From contig JAZQMC010000001.1 in NCBI GenBank assembly GCA_045543095.1, positions 623 to 64,622 on the forward strand: a DNA stretch of 64,000 bases, given 5' to 3'. The translations under genes and the position numbers were made by a program. Shown here in pieces: positions 18,767 to 29,002 of this stretch. The notes under the pieces were generated by a model. That model saw only the letters and a list, made by a program, of their open reading frames with translations. It was not told where the DNA came from and searched no databases. Source of the stretch: Candidatus Fimenecus sp. (GTDB taxonomy: Bacteria > Bacillota > Clostridia > Oscillospirales > Acutalibacteraceae). Position 1 is the first letter of the stretch, and every line of letters starts with the position of its first letter.

Positions 18767-20221
18767 ATGAATGAATTGTTTTTAATTATTCCTGTTTTTC
18801 TGCCGATTATTTTGGGTGCGGTACTGTTTTTCATTCCTTTCAAAAATCAGAAGCATCGTAACGCTTATGTTATGGCTGCATTATTACTTTCATCTGTTTC
18901 TGTATGGGTTTCAGTATTCACCGTTCCTGACAAGGCTTTTACAATTTTACAGTTTACCGATGACCTTTCGTTCTCATTAAGACTTGACGGTGCGGGAAAA
19001 ATCTTCTCTTGTCTTTCAGCAACACTTTGGCCCATCACCGCAGTTTATGCTTTTGACTATATGAAGCACGAAAAACATCTTCAGATGTTTTATTGTTTCT
19101 TTGTTATGGCATTCGGCACAACAATGGGCGTTGCAATGGCAGAAAATATACTTACAATGTATCTCTTCTATGAAATGCTTACATTGTCAACAATTCCGCT
19201 TGTTGCTCACGGAATGACCAAAAAGCACAACAGAGCAGCAAGAAAATATATGATATATTCAATCGGCGGTGCGGCTTTCGCCTTTGCGGGCGTGGCTTTT
19301 CTCATCGTCAACAATGCTGATACATTCCGTCTTGGCGGAAACATTATTACTGTTGATAACGAAGCATTGGCACAGATTATTTATCTGTTCGCATTTATGG
19401 GCTTTGGTGTTAAATCGGCAATTTTTCCACTTCACAGTTGGTTGCCTACTGCTTCAGTTGCCCCCACACCTGTTACCGCACTTCTTCACGCAGTTGCAGT
19501 TGTTAAAGCAGGTGCATTTGCACTTATTCGTCTTACTTATTATGCCTATGGTACAGAATTTTTATATGGCAGTTGGGTTCAATACACCGTAATGGCATTC
19601 TCAATTTTCACAATACTTTACGGTTCAGTAAGTGCTCTTCGTCAGAAGCAATTTAAACGCAGACTTGCTTATTCAACGGTTTCAAATCTTTCATATATTG
19701 GCTTTGCAACAACACTTATGACACCCGCAGGTCTTGTAGCAGGATTCTGCCACTTGATTTTCCATTCGGTAATCAAAATCGGTGCTTTCTTTGCAGCAGG
19801 TTCAGTGCTTCACAACAGTGAGCGTGAATTTGTTCCTCAACTTGAGGGAATCGGCAAAAAAATGCCTTGGACATTCACATTTTTCACTGTTTCTGCATTG
19901 GCACTTACGGGTATTCCCCCATTCTGCGGATTTTTCAGTAAATGGTATATTTCAACCGCCGCAATTGAAACTGCGGGAGTGCTTCAGATTATTGGTGTTG
20001 TAGTATTGCTCATTTCTGCATTACTTACCGCGATTTATATGTTCTCACCAATTATCAGGGCTTTCTTCCCACGTGAAAATTCAGAAATCAGCCTTGACGG
20101 TGCAAAAGAGGCAAAACCTGCAATGCTTATTCCAATGGGAATTTGTGCAGTGCTTTGCATTGTAATGGGTATTTTTGTTAAAGTACCTGTTGAAATTATC
20201 GGGGAGGTGCTTGGATTATGA
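18767..20221 (+). CDS. mrpD: antiporter-like subunit (MrpD/NuoM family), paralogue 3
   Basis: 484 aa with the motif FPLHSWLPTASVAPTPVTALLH. Confidence 0.85.
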   Translation: MNELFLIIPVFLPIILGAVLFFIPFKNQKHRNAYVMAALLLSSVSVWVSVFTVPDKAFTILQFTDDLSFSLRLDGAGKIFSCLSATLWPITAVYAFDYMKHEKHLQMFYCFFVMAFGTTMGVAMAENILTMYLFYEMLTLSTIPLVAHGMTKKHNRAARKYMIYSIGGAAFAFAGVAFLIVNNADTFRLGGNIITVDNEALAQIIYLFAFMGFGVKSAIFPLHSWLPTASVAPTPVTALLHAVAVVKAGAFALIRLTYYAYGTEFLYGSWVQYTVMAFSIFTILYGSVSALRQKQFKRRLAYSTVSNLSYIGFATTLMTPAGLVAGFCHLIFHSVIKIGAFFAAGSVLHNSEREFVPQLEGIGKKMPWTFTFFTVSALALTGIPPFCGFFSKWYISTAAIETAGVLQIIGVVVLLISALLTAIYMFSPIIRAFFPRENSEISLDGAKEAKPAMLIPMGICAVLCIVMGIFVKVPVEIIGEVLGL

Positions 20222-22197
20222 GTATTTTAGTTGCTCTTTGCGTATTTTTCCCCGTTGTTGCTGCAATATTGGCTTATCCAATGCACAAGAAAAGCGAAAA
20301 GGGTTGCAACGCATTTGTTATACTTTCAACGCTTACAGTTCTTGTGTCTGCGGGAATTATGGCTTTTACAAGTGGTGAAAGCACAGTTTCAATTCTCTCA
20401 ATGAATTTTCAGACAAGCGGCTTTCAATATGTTTATGCAATAATCACTGCGTTTATGTGGTTTTGTGCAGCTCTTATCTCACCACAATATTTTAAAGGTC
20501 ATCATAATATCGGCAGATATTACCTATTCTTCCTTATAACTCTTGGGGCTATAATGGGAGTTTTCTTATCAGCAGATTTGATTACAACTTTTATCTTCTT
20601 TGAGATTATGTCATTGGCCTCTTATGTTTGGGTTGTTCATGAACAGGATAAGGACGCTATGAGTGCGGGCAAAACTTATCTTACCATCGCTGTATTGGGT
20701 GGTATGGTTCTGCTTATGGGACTTTTCCTGCTTTACAGTATCACAGGCACTCTTGTAATTTCAGAGCTTTATGACGCAGTGATTAGTGCAGGTAGCAGTA
20801 CAAAACTTTATGTTGCAGTATTCTGTATGCTTTTCGGCTTTGGTGCAAAAGCGGGTCTTTTCCCCTTGCATATCTGGTTACCGAAGGCTCACCCCGTAGC
20901 ACCCGCCCCCGCAAGTGCATTACTTTCAGGTGTGCTTACAAAAACAGGTATTTTCGGAATGCTCATTATCACCGCAAATATTATGCGTGGTGATAATATT
21001 TGGGGATACACACTTCTCATTCTCGGCACAATTACAATGGTGCTTGGTGCGGTTATTGCGGTGTTCTCAACAAACATCAAAAGAACTCTCGCCTGCTCAT
21101 CACTTTCGCAGATTGGTTTTATCACCGTGGGCGTTTCAATGATTTGCCTTTTAGGTGAAGAAAACGCACTTGCCGCCAACGGAACAGTTCTTTATATGCT
21201 TAATCACTCAATGGTGAAACTTGCATTATTCCTTTGTGCCGGTGCAATTTATGCGGGTGCACATACACTTGATATAAATAAACTTAAAGGTTACGGCAGA
21301 AATAAACCCGAAATTTTAATTCCGTTCCTTTTCGGTGCCTGCAGTCTTGCGGGTATTCCCGGATTTGCAGGTTATCTTTCAAAAACTCTCGTTCACGAGG
21401 CAATTGTGGAATATGCTCACCACGGCGGAGCATTCATCACCACTATTGAATGGCTTTTCCTTTTTTCAGGCGGACTTACTGTCGCATATATGTTAAAACT
21501 TTTTATCACAATTTTTGTGCAAAAGCCAACAGAAGATACCGTAAAGGCTCACGGCAAAACATCATTTATGAGTGCTTTGTCGCTTGCACTTTCATCAGTT
21601 ATGCTACTCATTGTGGGTGTATTGCCTCACGCACTTGCAGAAAAGATTTCAGGTCTTATGCTCCCATTTGTTGACGGCCACAAAAGTCACCACGAGGTTC
21701 ACTATTTTGCTTTTGCAAATCTTAAGGGTGTGCTTATTTCTCTTACAATCGGTATTGTTGTTTATCTTGTAGTAATCTGCAAAGCACTTATGAAGAATGA
21801 TAATGGAAAGAAAATTCATTACAACCCCCTTGCTGACAAATTTTCTATTGAAAACAATATTTATATTCCTCTTCTTAAGGGTATTGGTTTTGTTTTCACG
21901 GTTATTCTTCGTGCTTGCAGTGATATTACTGATATTATTCTTTTTATTCTTGACAAAACAGTATTTAAAATGGCAAAAGAACCCACAGAGCCACATGAGA
22001 GAAAATACTTTTACGCTCTCGGTTCTCTTTATGGCAAACTTTTCCGAAAAGGCAAAGAGGTTCAGGCGGAACGTTTTGTAAGGGCTTCTGAAACAATTGA
22101 CCTAACAACAACCAACCTTTCAAAAAACTTCTCATTTGCTCTGTTTATGACCTGTCTTGGAATAAGCATAATTCTCCTGTTCCTTATTTTAAAATAA
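20218..22197 (+). CDS. mrpA: NuoL/MrpA-like antiporter subunit with a C-terminal lateral-helix-type extension
   Basis: 659 aa with the motif GLFPLHIWLPKAHPVAPAPASALLSG. A long amphipathic C-terminal segment ends in a final TM segment. Confidence 0.8.
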   Translation: MSILVALCVFFPVVAAILAYPMHKKSEKGCNAFVILSTLTVLVSAGIMAFTSGESTVSILSMNFQTSGFQYVYAIITAFMWFCAALISPQYFKGHHNIGRYYLFFLITLGAIMGVFLSADLITTFIFFEIMSLASYVWVVHEQDKDAMSAGKTYLTIAVLGGMVLLMGLFLLYSITGTLVISELYDAVISAGSSTKLYVAVFCMLFGFGAKAGLFPLHIWLPKAHPVAPAPASALLSGVLTKTGIFGMLIITANIMRGDNIWGYTLLILGTITMVLGAVIAVFSTNIKRTLACSSLSQIGFITVGVSMICLLGEENALAANGTVLYMLNHSMVKLALFLCAGAIYAGAHTLDINKLKGYGRNKPEILIPFLFGACSLAGIPGFAGYLSKTLVHEAIVEYAHHGGAFITTIEWLFLFSGGLTVAYMLKLFITIFVQKPTEDTVKAHGKTSFMSALSLALSSVMLLIVGVLPHALAEKISGLMLPFVDGHKSHHEVHYFAFANLKGVLISLTIGIVVYLVVICKALMKNDNGKKIHYNPLADKFSIENNIYIPLLKGIGFVFTVILRACSDITDIILFILDKTVFKMAKEPTEPHERKYFYALGSLYGKLFRKGKEVQAERFVRASETIDLTTTNLSKNFSFALFMTCLGISIILLFLILK

Positions 22198-22242
22198 GAA
22201 TAAAAAGCTTTTAAAATCCATATTCTATACGGGGTGATAAAT

Positions 22243-22716
22243 ATGGATAAAAGCAAACTGAAAACTTATGGTCTTGCAATTCTGTTGACTGAAGCGGTCG
22301 GCGGAATTGCAGGACTTTTTACATCTATGGGTATGGATGAATATATGCGGGCAGAAAAACCGCCACTTACTCCGCCCGCCATTGTGTTCCCGATTGTGTG
22401 GACAATTCTCTATGCACTTATGGGCATAAGCGTTGCAAGGATATGGCTTTCGCCCGCAACAAAAGAGAGAAATCATGGGCTTATAATTTATGCGGTGCAG
22501 TTATTCTTTAATTTCTTTTGGAGTATTATATTCTTCAATTTGCAGGCTTACGGGTTCGCATTTTTATGGCTTATAGCATTATGGGCACTCATACTCGCAA
22601 TGATTATTATTTTTAACAAAACCGACCGACTTGCAGCCCTCTTGCAAATCCCATATTTAATATGGGTAACCTTTGCGGGGTATCTTAATTTAATGGTGTG
22701 GTTATTAAACAGATAG
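22243..22716 (+). CDS. tspO: TspO/MBR family tryptophan-rich sensory protein
   Basis: About 157 aa with 5 TM segments, Trp-rich (PPAIVFPIVWTILYALMG). I prefer the ATG at 22243 after GGGGTGA. Confidence 0.85.
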   Translation: MDKSKLKTYGLAILLTEAVGGIAGLFTSMGMDEYMRAEKPPLTPPAIVFPIVWTILYALMGISVARIWLSPATKERNHGLIIYAVQLFFNFFWSIIFFNLQAYGFAFLWLIALWALILAMIIIFNKTDRLAALLQIPYLIWVTFAGYLNLMVWLLNR

Positions 22717-22721
22717 ATATA

Positions 22722-22756
22722 AAAAACGGTGAGAATAATCTCACCGTTTCTTATTT
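22722..22756. terminator. bidirectional intrinsic terminator
   Basis: Stem AAACGGTGAGA/TCTCACCGTTT with flanking A and T runs, between convergent tspO and the aminopeptidase gene. Confidence 0.7.
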
Positions 22757-22766
22757 TAACAATTAT

Positions 22767-24158
22767 TTATTTCTGCTCGAAGAATACTTTGAATGCTTTG
22801 TAAGCCATATAAACGTCAAGCTTTGAAACAACTTCAAGTGGTGCGTGCATTGAAAGTACGGGCACACCAAGGTCGATTGTGTCAATGTCAAGGTTTGCAA
22901 CATACATAGCAACTGTTCCGCCGCCACCTGCGTCAACCTTACCGAGCTCGCCAATCTGCCATACAACATCGTTAGCATTTAACATTCTGCGGATTTTACC
23001 CATATATTCTGCAGAAGCGTCAGAAGTGCCACCCTTACCGCGTGCACCTGTATATTTTGTAATAACAACACCGTTGTTAACGAATGAGCAGTTCTTTCTC
23101 TCGCTTACTTCGGGGAAATTGGGGTCGAACGCCGCATTAACGTCAGCAGAAAGACATTCTGAAGCCGACATAACTCTCCAAGGCTCAACATTTTCCATAA
23201 CCGCAAGGTCAGAGATGAAGTATTTCATATATGATGAGTGAAGACCTGTGTTACCGTCGGAGCCTGTCTCCTCCTTGTCGGCAAGAACAGTAAGACAAGT
23301 GAATTCGGGGTCAACAACATCGAAAATAGCGTGTGCAGCAGGGTATGCACAAACCTTGTCGTCGTGACCGTAAGCACCGATAAGGCTTCTGTCAAGACCG
23401 ATGTCGCGTGCCTTGAATGCGGGTACAAGTTCAAGCTCTGCACTTAAGAAATCGCCCTCAACAATGCCGTATTTCTCGTTGAGAATTTTCATAATGTTAA
23501 GTTTAACTTTGTCTGCACCCTCATCCTTTGAGAATGGACGGCTACCGATAAGAATGTTAAGCTGTTCGCCCTTAATACCATCATTTAATGTCTGTTTCAT
23601 CTGGTCGCCTGCAAGGTGAGGAAGAAGGTCGGTAATTACAAATTGCGGGTCATTGTCGTCTTCGCCAATGCAAACCTTAACTGTTTCGCCGTCTGCCTTA
23701 ACAATTACACCGTGAAGTGCAAGCGGAATAGCAGTCCATTGATACTTTTTAATTCCGCCGTAGTAATGTGTCTTTAAGAATGCAAGAGAGCTGTCTTCAT
23801 AAAGTGGGTTGGGTTTTAAGTCAAGGCGGGGTGAGTCGATATGGGCAGCAGAGATTTTAACACCCTCACTGATGCTCTTTTTACCGAATACGCAAAGAAT
23901 AATTGCTTTTCCGCGGTTGTTGTAATAAACCTTATCACCTGCGTTGTATTTCTTTGTGCGGTCAAACTCTGTGTAGCCTTTTGCCTCTGCCTCTTTTACA
24001 AAGAATTCAACAGTTTCGCGTTCAATTTTAGCCTCATCAAGGTATTTTTTATAGCCTTCGCAGAAATCGTCAGCAGCCTTTACCACTGCATCGTCAACAA
24101 TTTCCATAGCGTGCTTTGGCTCATAAAAAAGTTCCTTTTTCATATCATTTAATTCCAT
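22767..24158 (-). CDS. M18 family aminopeptidase
   Basis: 463 aa with motifs AAHIDSPRLDLKP and YGHDDKVCAY, and a typical length. Confidence 0.85.
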   Translation of the reverse strand: MELNDMKKELFYEPKHAMEIVDDAVVKAADDFCEGYKKYLDEAKIERETVEFFVKEAEAKGYTEFDRTKKYNAGDKVYYNNRGKAIILCVFGKKSISEGVKISAAHIDSPRLDLKPNPLYEDSSLAFLKTHYYGGIKKYQWTAIPLALHGVIVKADGETVKVCIGEDDNDPQFVITDLLPHLAGDQMKQTLNDGIKGEQLNILIGSRPFSKDEGADKVKLNIMKILNEKYGIVEGDFLSAELELVPAFKARDIGLDRSLIGAYGHDDKVCAYPAAHAIFDVVDPEFTCLTVLADKEETGSDGNTGLHSSYMKYFISDLAVMENVEPWRVMSASECLSADVNAAFDPNFPEVSERKNCSFVNNGVVITKYTGARGKGGTSDASAEYMGKIRRMLNANDVVWQIGELGKVDAGGGGTVAMYVANLDIDTIDLGVPVLSMHAPLEVVSKLDVYMAYKAFKVFFEQK

Positions 24159-24180
24159 TTATATAACTCCTTTCGGTTAT

Positions 24181-24771
24181 TTACTTTTCTATTTGTGCCA
24201 CAATGGGCAAAATTTCTTTGTTCAAATCATAAGGCGGATAATTCCAGAGAATAAAATCTGCACGGCTTGTGAAAAAGTTTTCATCCTTTTGTGCATTTAT
24301 TCTCTCCATTGCCTTTGCGAGAGTAAGATTATCACGGTTGACAATTCTTTCAAGCCGAATTTCCATAGGAGCGATAACTGCTACCGTGAAATCGCAAAGT
24401 TTGTCTTCGCCACTTTCAAAAAGAGCAATCGCGTCAATAATTACCGCTTTGTAATTCTCTTTTTCTTTTTCGGCAATGATTTCTTTAATTTTTTCTGTCA
24501 CCGCAGGGTGAGTGATTTCATTTAAAGCATTTGTGCTTTCATTGTCTGCAAATGCCCTATGGGCAAGCAACGGTCGGATAATTTCGCCGTGCTCATCTAT
24601 TATATCCTCACCGAAATGATTTTTCAATTGATTTTTAACATTTTCACTGTTATTTATTACATCACGGGCAACCTTGTCTGCATCAATATGATAGCAACCA
24701 TAGGGAATAAGCCTTTGAGCCACCGTGCCTTTACCCGCACCCGTAAGTCCCGTAATACCGATAATTTTCAT
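24181..24771 (-). CDS. coaE: dephospho-CoA kinase
   Basis: 196 aa with P-loop GITGLTGAGKGTV. Confidence 0.9.
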   Translation of the reverse strand: MKIIGITGLTGAGKGTVAQRLIPYGCYHIDADKVARDVINNSENVKNQLKNHFGEDIIDEHGEIIRPLLAHRAFADNESTNALNEITHPAVTEKIKEIIAEKEKENYKAVIIDAIALFESGEDKLCDFTVAVIAPMEIRLERIVNRDNLTLAKAMERINAQKDENFFTSRADFILWNYPPYDLNKEILPIVAQIEK

Positions 24772-25790
24772 TATATCACCTTTATTTTAAATCCGCAGGC
24801 TCTGATTAAACGATTATACACCGCCAAACCCATTCCCTTTGTTTCGGGACAACGAGCATATACTTTTTTTGCACCCATTTCGTCGAGTTCGCGTAAGGCA
24901 TCGAATAATCTTGCACTCTGGCTGTATCCGTCATTTTCTTTGCCGTATTCAACGCTTGGGCAACTGATTTTTTCTCCTTCGCCGTCAAAGACCAATGCTG
25001 TAACATTATTTTCACCATCGCAAAGGAATTTAAAATCTTCAAAATTACTTTTTATGAGTGTTATGTCTGCTTTCGGTGCGTAATGCTTGTATTTCATACC
25101 CGGTGAAGATGCAATAGCACCTTCTTCCAATTTATTTAAAACAGCATCATCAACTACGATTTCACCTATGAGGGCAGTCATTTCTTCAAGTGTCACACCG
25201 CCCGGGCGGAGAAGTCTTGGCGGTTCTTCCGCAAAGGTGATTACTGTTGATTCCACACCGATTTCACAACTCCCGCCGTCAATAATCAGCGGAATTCTGC
25301 CGTTCATATCGTCGAAAACATATTTCGCATTTGTGGGGCTTGGACTACCCGAAAGATTTGCAGACGGAGCGGCAAGCGGACAACCGCACGCTTCAATTAT
25401 TGCTCTCGCATAATCACTTTTTGGCATACGAATAGCAACTGTGTCAAGATTCCCCGAAACAACATTTGACACCTTGTGACTCTTTTTCATAATCATTGTA
25501 AGAGGGGCAGGCCAGAAATTTTCAGCCATAATCTTGACTTTTTCGGGGATTTCAGCTACCAATGGTGCTAAATCCTCAAATTTTGCGATATGTACAATAA
25601 GTGGGTTGTCACTCGGTCTGCCTTTTGCCACAAAGATTTTCTTAACTGCATCTTCGTCGAGTGCATTTGCAGCAAGTCCATAAACGGTTTCGGTGGGAAT
25701 TCCCACAACCTCACCGTCATTTATGAGCCTTTTTGCTTCCGATAACGCTCTTTCATATTCAGTTGTAATGTTAATTACTACTGTATTCAT
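24771..25790 (-). CDS. tsaC: L-threonylcarbamoyladenylate synthase (Sua5/YwlC long form)
   Basis: 339 aa with PTETVYGLAANA, SANLSG and a Sua5 C-terminal domain. Confidence 0.9.
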   Translation of the reverse strand: MNTVVINITTEYERALSEAKRLINDGEVVGIPTETVYGLAANALDEDAVKKIFVAKGRPSDNPLIVHIAKFEDLAPLVAEIPEKVKIMAENFWPAPLTMIMKKSHKVSNVVSGNLDTVAIRMPKSDYARAIIEACGCPLAAPSANLSGSPSPTNAKYVFDDMNGRIPLIIDGGSCEIGVESTVITFAEEPPRLLRPGGVTLEEMTALIGEIVVDDAVLNKLEEGAIASSPGMKYKHYAPKADITLIKSNFEDFKFLCDGENNVTALVFDGEGEKISCPSVEYGKENDGYSQSARLFDALRELDEMGAKKVYARCPETKGMGLAVYNRLIRACGFKIKVI

Positions 25791-26622
25791 TTTCTATATA
25801 TTCCTTTGCTACTCTGCAATCATACAGTTCAAAATTACCATTGGCTACTTGAAGCAATATGTTTGCATATTGAATTGCTTTTTCTTTGTCTTCACGTCTT
25901 TTATAGTGGTTAAAAATTGCAAAATATCGTGAAAACACTGCACTTTTACCAATGCGTTCAGCTAATTTCATATCATTTAAAACAACGGTTTCAAAATTTG
26001 GGTCATCAGTAAAAAATGAGTTAACAAAATAAGATTGGTTATCAATTAAATTGATAAGATTTAATTTTGCTAAACCTTTAGCAGAATCTTTGAATTCATA
26101 GGCTTTCTTTATATTGATTTTGTATTCTTCAAAATTTTCTTCATAAAGATTGAGAACTGCTTTGTTATAGAAAAAAGTTGCAGATATAAGCGGACTTGTT
26201 TCTGTGCCAAAATGTTTGAGAAACAATTCGTTTTCTTCTTTTGCTTGCTGAAAATGCCCTAAGTTTATTAAAAAGGCAATTCTATTAGCACAAAGTTGTT
26301 GAATTTCCTTTTTGAACATTGGATTTAATGTGTTTAAAAGGTAGTCTGTTCTTCTGAGTGCTTCACCATTTTGCAATTCTTCCTGTGGTTGAACCGACAA
26401 AACAATTTTTGAATTCACTACTAATTTAGGGAAAAACAAAAATATAATGGTGGCAAGAACAAGAGTTACAAAAAGAGTAATTGTTTCAGAATAAATAGAG
26501 TTTAAAGAAACAATGAGTACAAGGAATGCAAGTAAAAGATAGATTGTGGAAGAAGCAAATTTAAATGCAGTTGGCTTAGTTATTGCAAACATTTCAAGTT
26601 TATTTATTTTAAAAGCTTTCAT
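25771..26622 (-). CDS. hypothetical membrane protein (2 TM segments plus a helical-repeat cytoplasmic domain)
   Basis: 283-aa ORF with a 20-nt overlap with tsaC. I recognise no family. Confidence 0.5.
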   Translation of the reverse strand: MKAFKINKLEMFAITKPTAFKFASSTIYLLLAFLVLIVSLNSIYSETITLFVTLVLATIIFLFFPKLVVNSKIVLSVQPQEELQNGEALRRTDYLLNTLNPMFKKEIQQLCANRIAFLINLGHFQQAKEENELFLKHFGTETSPLISATFFYNKAVLNLYEENFEEYKINIKKAYEFKDSAKGLAKLNLINLIDNQSYFVNSFFTDDPNFETVVLNDMKLAERIGKSAVFSRYFAIFNHYKRREDKEKAIQYANILLQVANGNFELYDCRVAKEYIENEYSSN

Positions 26623-26646
26623 AAAACCATCCTTTCAAACGCTTCA

Positions 26647-27717
26647 TCATTCATTTGCCTTTAATTTTTCTGCAGTATCGGCGGTAATGAGTGCGTCAAT
26701 AATTTCGTCGATGTCACCATTCATAATCTGCTCAATTTTATAAAGTGTAAGACCAATTCTGTGGTCACTTACTCGTCCTTGAGGGAAATTGTATGTTCTT
26801 ATGCGTTCACTTCTGTCACCTGTACCAACCTGACTCTTTCTTTGACCTGCAATTTCAGCATCGTGCTTTGCTTGTTCAATCTCTAAAAGTCGTGAACGAA
26901 GAACTTTGAGTGCTTTATCCTTGTTCTTATGCTGACTGCGTTCGTCCTGACACTCAACAACCATACCTGTGGGCAAGTGAGTAACACGGATTGCAGATGA
27001 TGTCTTATTAACCTTTTGTCCGCCTGCACCACTTGAACGGAAAACGTCAATTTGTAATTCAGCAGGGTTAAGTTCAAAGTCAACATCCTCTGCCTCGGGA
27101 AGAACGGCAACAGTTACGGTAGATGTTTGTATTCTGCCTTGACTTTCAGTTTCGGGAACACGCTGAACTCTGTGAACACCGCTTTCAAACTTAAAGCGTG
27201 AATATGCACCGTCACCGTCAACGCTGAAAATAACTTCCTTGTATCCACCTAATTCCGTTGGATTTTCTGAAAGAATTTCCATTTTCCAACCGCGTGCTTC
27301 CGCATACATTGTGTACATTCTGAAAAGTGAGTTTGCAAAAAGTGCAGCCTCTTCACCACCGGCACCACCACGGATTTCAATGATAACGTTTTTATCATCA
27401 TTAGGGTCACGGGGAAGAAGAAGAATTTTAAGCTCTTCCCAACAAACATCAAGCTGTTCTTTTGCAGTTTCAAATTCCTCCTGCACCATTTCTTTGAAGT
27501 CCTTATCCATTCCGCCCTCGTCAAGCAACATTTTAGACTCCTCAAAGGTATCTTTGTAGCCTTTGTATTCACGGAATTTTTCAACAACAGGGGTTAACTG
27601 CTTTAACTCTTTCATAAGTTTTGTGTATAACTGCTGGTCACTAACTGTTGTAGGGTCGCAAAGCTGTTCATTTACTGTTTCAAATCTTGCTTCAATTCCT
27701 AATAATTTATCAAACAT
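26647..27717 (-). CDS. prfA: peptide chain release factor 1
   Basis: 356 aa with the GGQ motif ([16 protein letters not shown]) and an RF1-type [13 protein letters not shown] region. Confidence 0.95.
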   Translation of the reverse strand: MFDKLLGIEARFETVNEQLCDPTTVSDQQLYTKLMKELKQLTPVVEKFREYKGYKDTFEESKMLLDEGGMDKDFKEMVQEEFETAKEQLDVCWEELKILLLPRDPNDDKNVIIEIRGGAGGEEAALFANSLFRMYTMYAEARGWKMEILSENPTELGGYKEVIFSVDGDGAYSRFKFESGVHRVQRVPETESQGRIQTSTVTVAVLPEAEDVDFELNPAELQIDVFRSSGAGGQKVNKTSSAIRVTHLPTGMVVECQDERSQHKNKDKALKVLRSRLLEIEQAKHDAEIAGQRKSQVGTGDRSERIRTYNFPQGRVSDHRIGLTLYKIEQIMNGDIDEIIDALITADTAEKLKANE

Positions 27718-27907
27718 TTACCTGTTCCCCATCTCTAAAAACTTTCTTGATATTTTTTTCTATCTTAACCCTTGGCACCATTACCTCTCGGTCACATTTT
27801 ACGCAACGCACACGAAAATCCATTCCTGCACGAAGTACAAGGAATTGCTTACCGCCACAAGGGTGTTCTTTTTTCATTTCAAGAATATCATTAACTCTTA
27901 TATCCAT
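27710..27907 (-). CDS. DUF951 family small protein
   Basis: [30 protein letters not shown] prefer the ATG at 27907, 6 nt after GGTGA. The track ORF extends to 27934. Confidence 0.7.
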   Translation of the reverse strand: MDIRVNDILEMKKEHPCGGKQFLVLRAGMDFRVRCVKCDREVMVPRVKIEKNIKKVFRDGEQVNV

Positions 27908-28011
27908 AATTTTCACCATTATATATGATACCATAAATGTCCAAAAAATAAAATACTTTTTTGCACTCTTTTCGCATATTCTTTATTATCAATTTTAAAA
28001 TAAAGGTGATA

Positions 28012-28935
28012 ATGATGACAAAATATTACCCCGAGGGTGTTTTATTTGAAACAAGACAGAACAAAAAGCATATTGAATCCCCCGCAATGCTGCGAGAGAG
28101 TTTTTTTGAAAACAGAATTTTAGAGGCAAGAGCTACTTTATGTGACCGCGACCATAATCTTCACGTGGATTTGGGCAGTGTGCACGGAATAATTCCCCGC
28201 GAAGAATGTGCAATCGGCATTGCAGACGGCAGTGTGCGTGATATTGCAATAATTTCAAGAGTGAACAAGCCCGTAGCCTTTAAGATTATAGATTTTATGG
28301 ACGATTCGGGTATCCGCACTGCAATTTTAAGTCGTCGCCTTGTGCAAGAGGATTTTATGGCAAATTACATAAACAATCTTAAAGCGGGTGATGTGATAGA
28401 TGCCCGCGTTACCCACAACGAGAGCTTTGGCTCGTTCTGTGACATCGGTTGCGGTATTTCAGCACTATTACCAATCGACAGTATTTCAGTTTCACGAATA
28501 CCCCACCCCGATGTGCGTTTTTCGGTTAATAAAATGATTAAAGCAGTTGTTAAAAGCATTGACGAAGCGGGCAGAGTTACACTTTCTCATAAAGAACTTT
28601 TGGGAACTTGGGAAGAAAATGCACAGAATTTCAAGGCGGGGCAAACGGTTGGCGGAATTGTACGTTCAATAGAAAAATACGGCGTTTTCATAGAACTTGC
28701 CCCCAATCTTGCGGGATTAGCCGAATACACCGCTGATGTGCAAGAGGGTGAGTGTGCAAGTGTTTATATCAAAAGCATAAATCCGGAAAAAATGAAAATA
28801 AAACTTGCCATTGTTGACAGCTTTCACGCCGATTATCCTCCGCAGAATACAAAGTATTTCTTTAAGGGTGAACATATTGACCGATGGCAGTATTCGCCGG
28901 ACATTTCAGAAAAGCTCATTGAAACCGTATTTTAA
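28012..28935 (+). CDS. S1 RNA-binding domain protein
   Basis: Repeated S1 modules (GDVIDARVTHNESFGSFCDIG, GQTVGGIVRSIEKYGVFIEL). ATG at 28012 after AAGGTGA. Confidence 0.75.
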   Translation: MMTKYYPEGVLFETRQNKKHIESPAMLRESFFENRILEARATLCDRDHNLHVDLGSVHGIIPREECAIGIADGSVRDIAIISRVNKPVAFKIIDFMDDSGIRTAILSRRLVQEDFMANYINNLKAGDVIDARVTHNESFGSFCDIGCGISALLPIDSISVSRIPHPDVRFSVNKMIKAVVKSIDEAGRVTLSHKELLGTWEENAQNFKAGQTVGGIVRSIEKYGVFIELAPNLAGLAEYTADVQEGECASVYIKSINPEKMKIKLAIVDSFHADYPPQNTKYFFKGEHIDRWQYSPDISEKLIETVF

Positions 28936-29002
28936 TAAAATGTTGCAAAGTCAAATTCCTTATGATACAATGAAAATATCTAATTAGTTGGAGGATGTTT
29001 TT

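Noticed and set aside
21649-22476. Minus-strand ORFs (115, 64 and 83 aa) over the mrpA-like 3' end and tspO
   Set aside because: They are antisense to well-supported membrane-protein genes. Their Lys/Asn/Cys-rich composition is typical of shadow frames.
26647-27717. Checked the release factor gene for a programmed +1 frameshift
   Set aside because: The gene is RF1 (prfA), not RF2, and is a single uninterrupted frame. The autoregulatory frameshift applies only to prfB.
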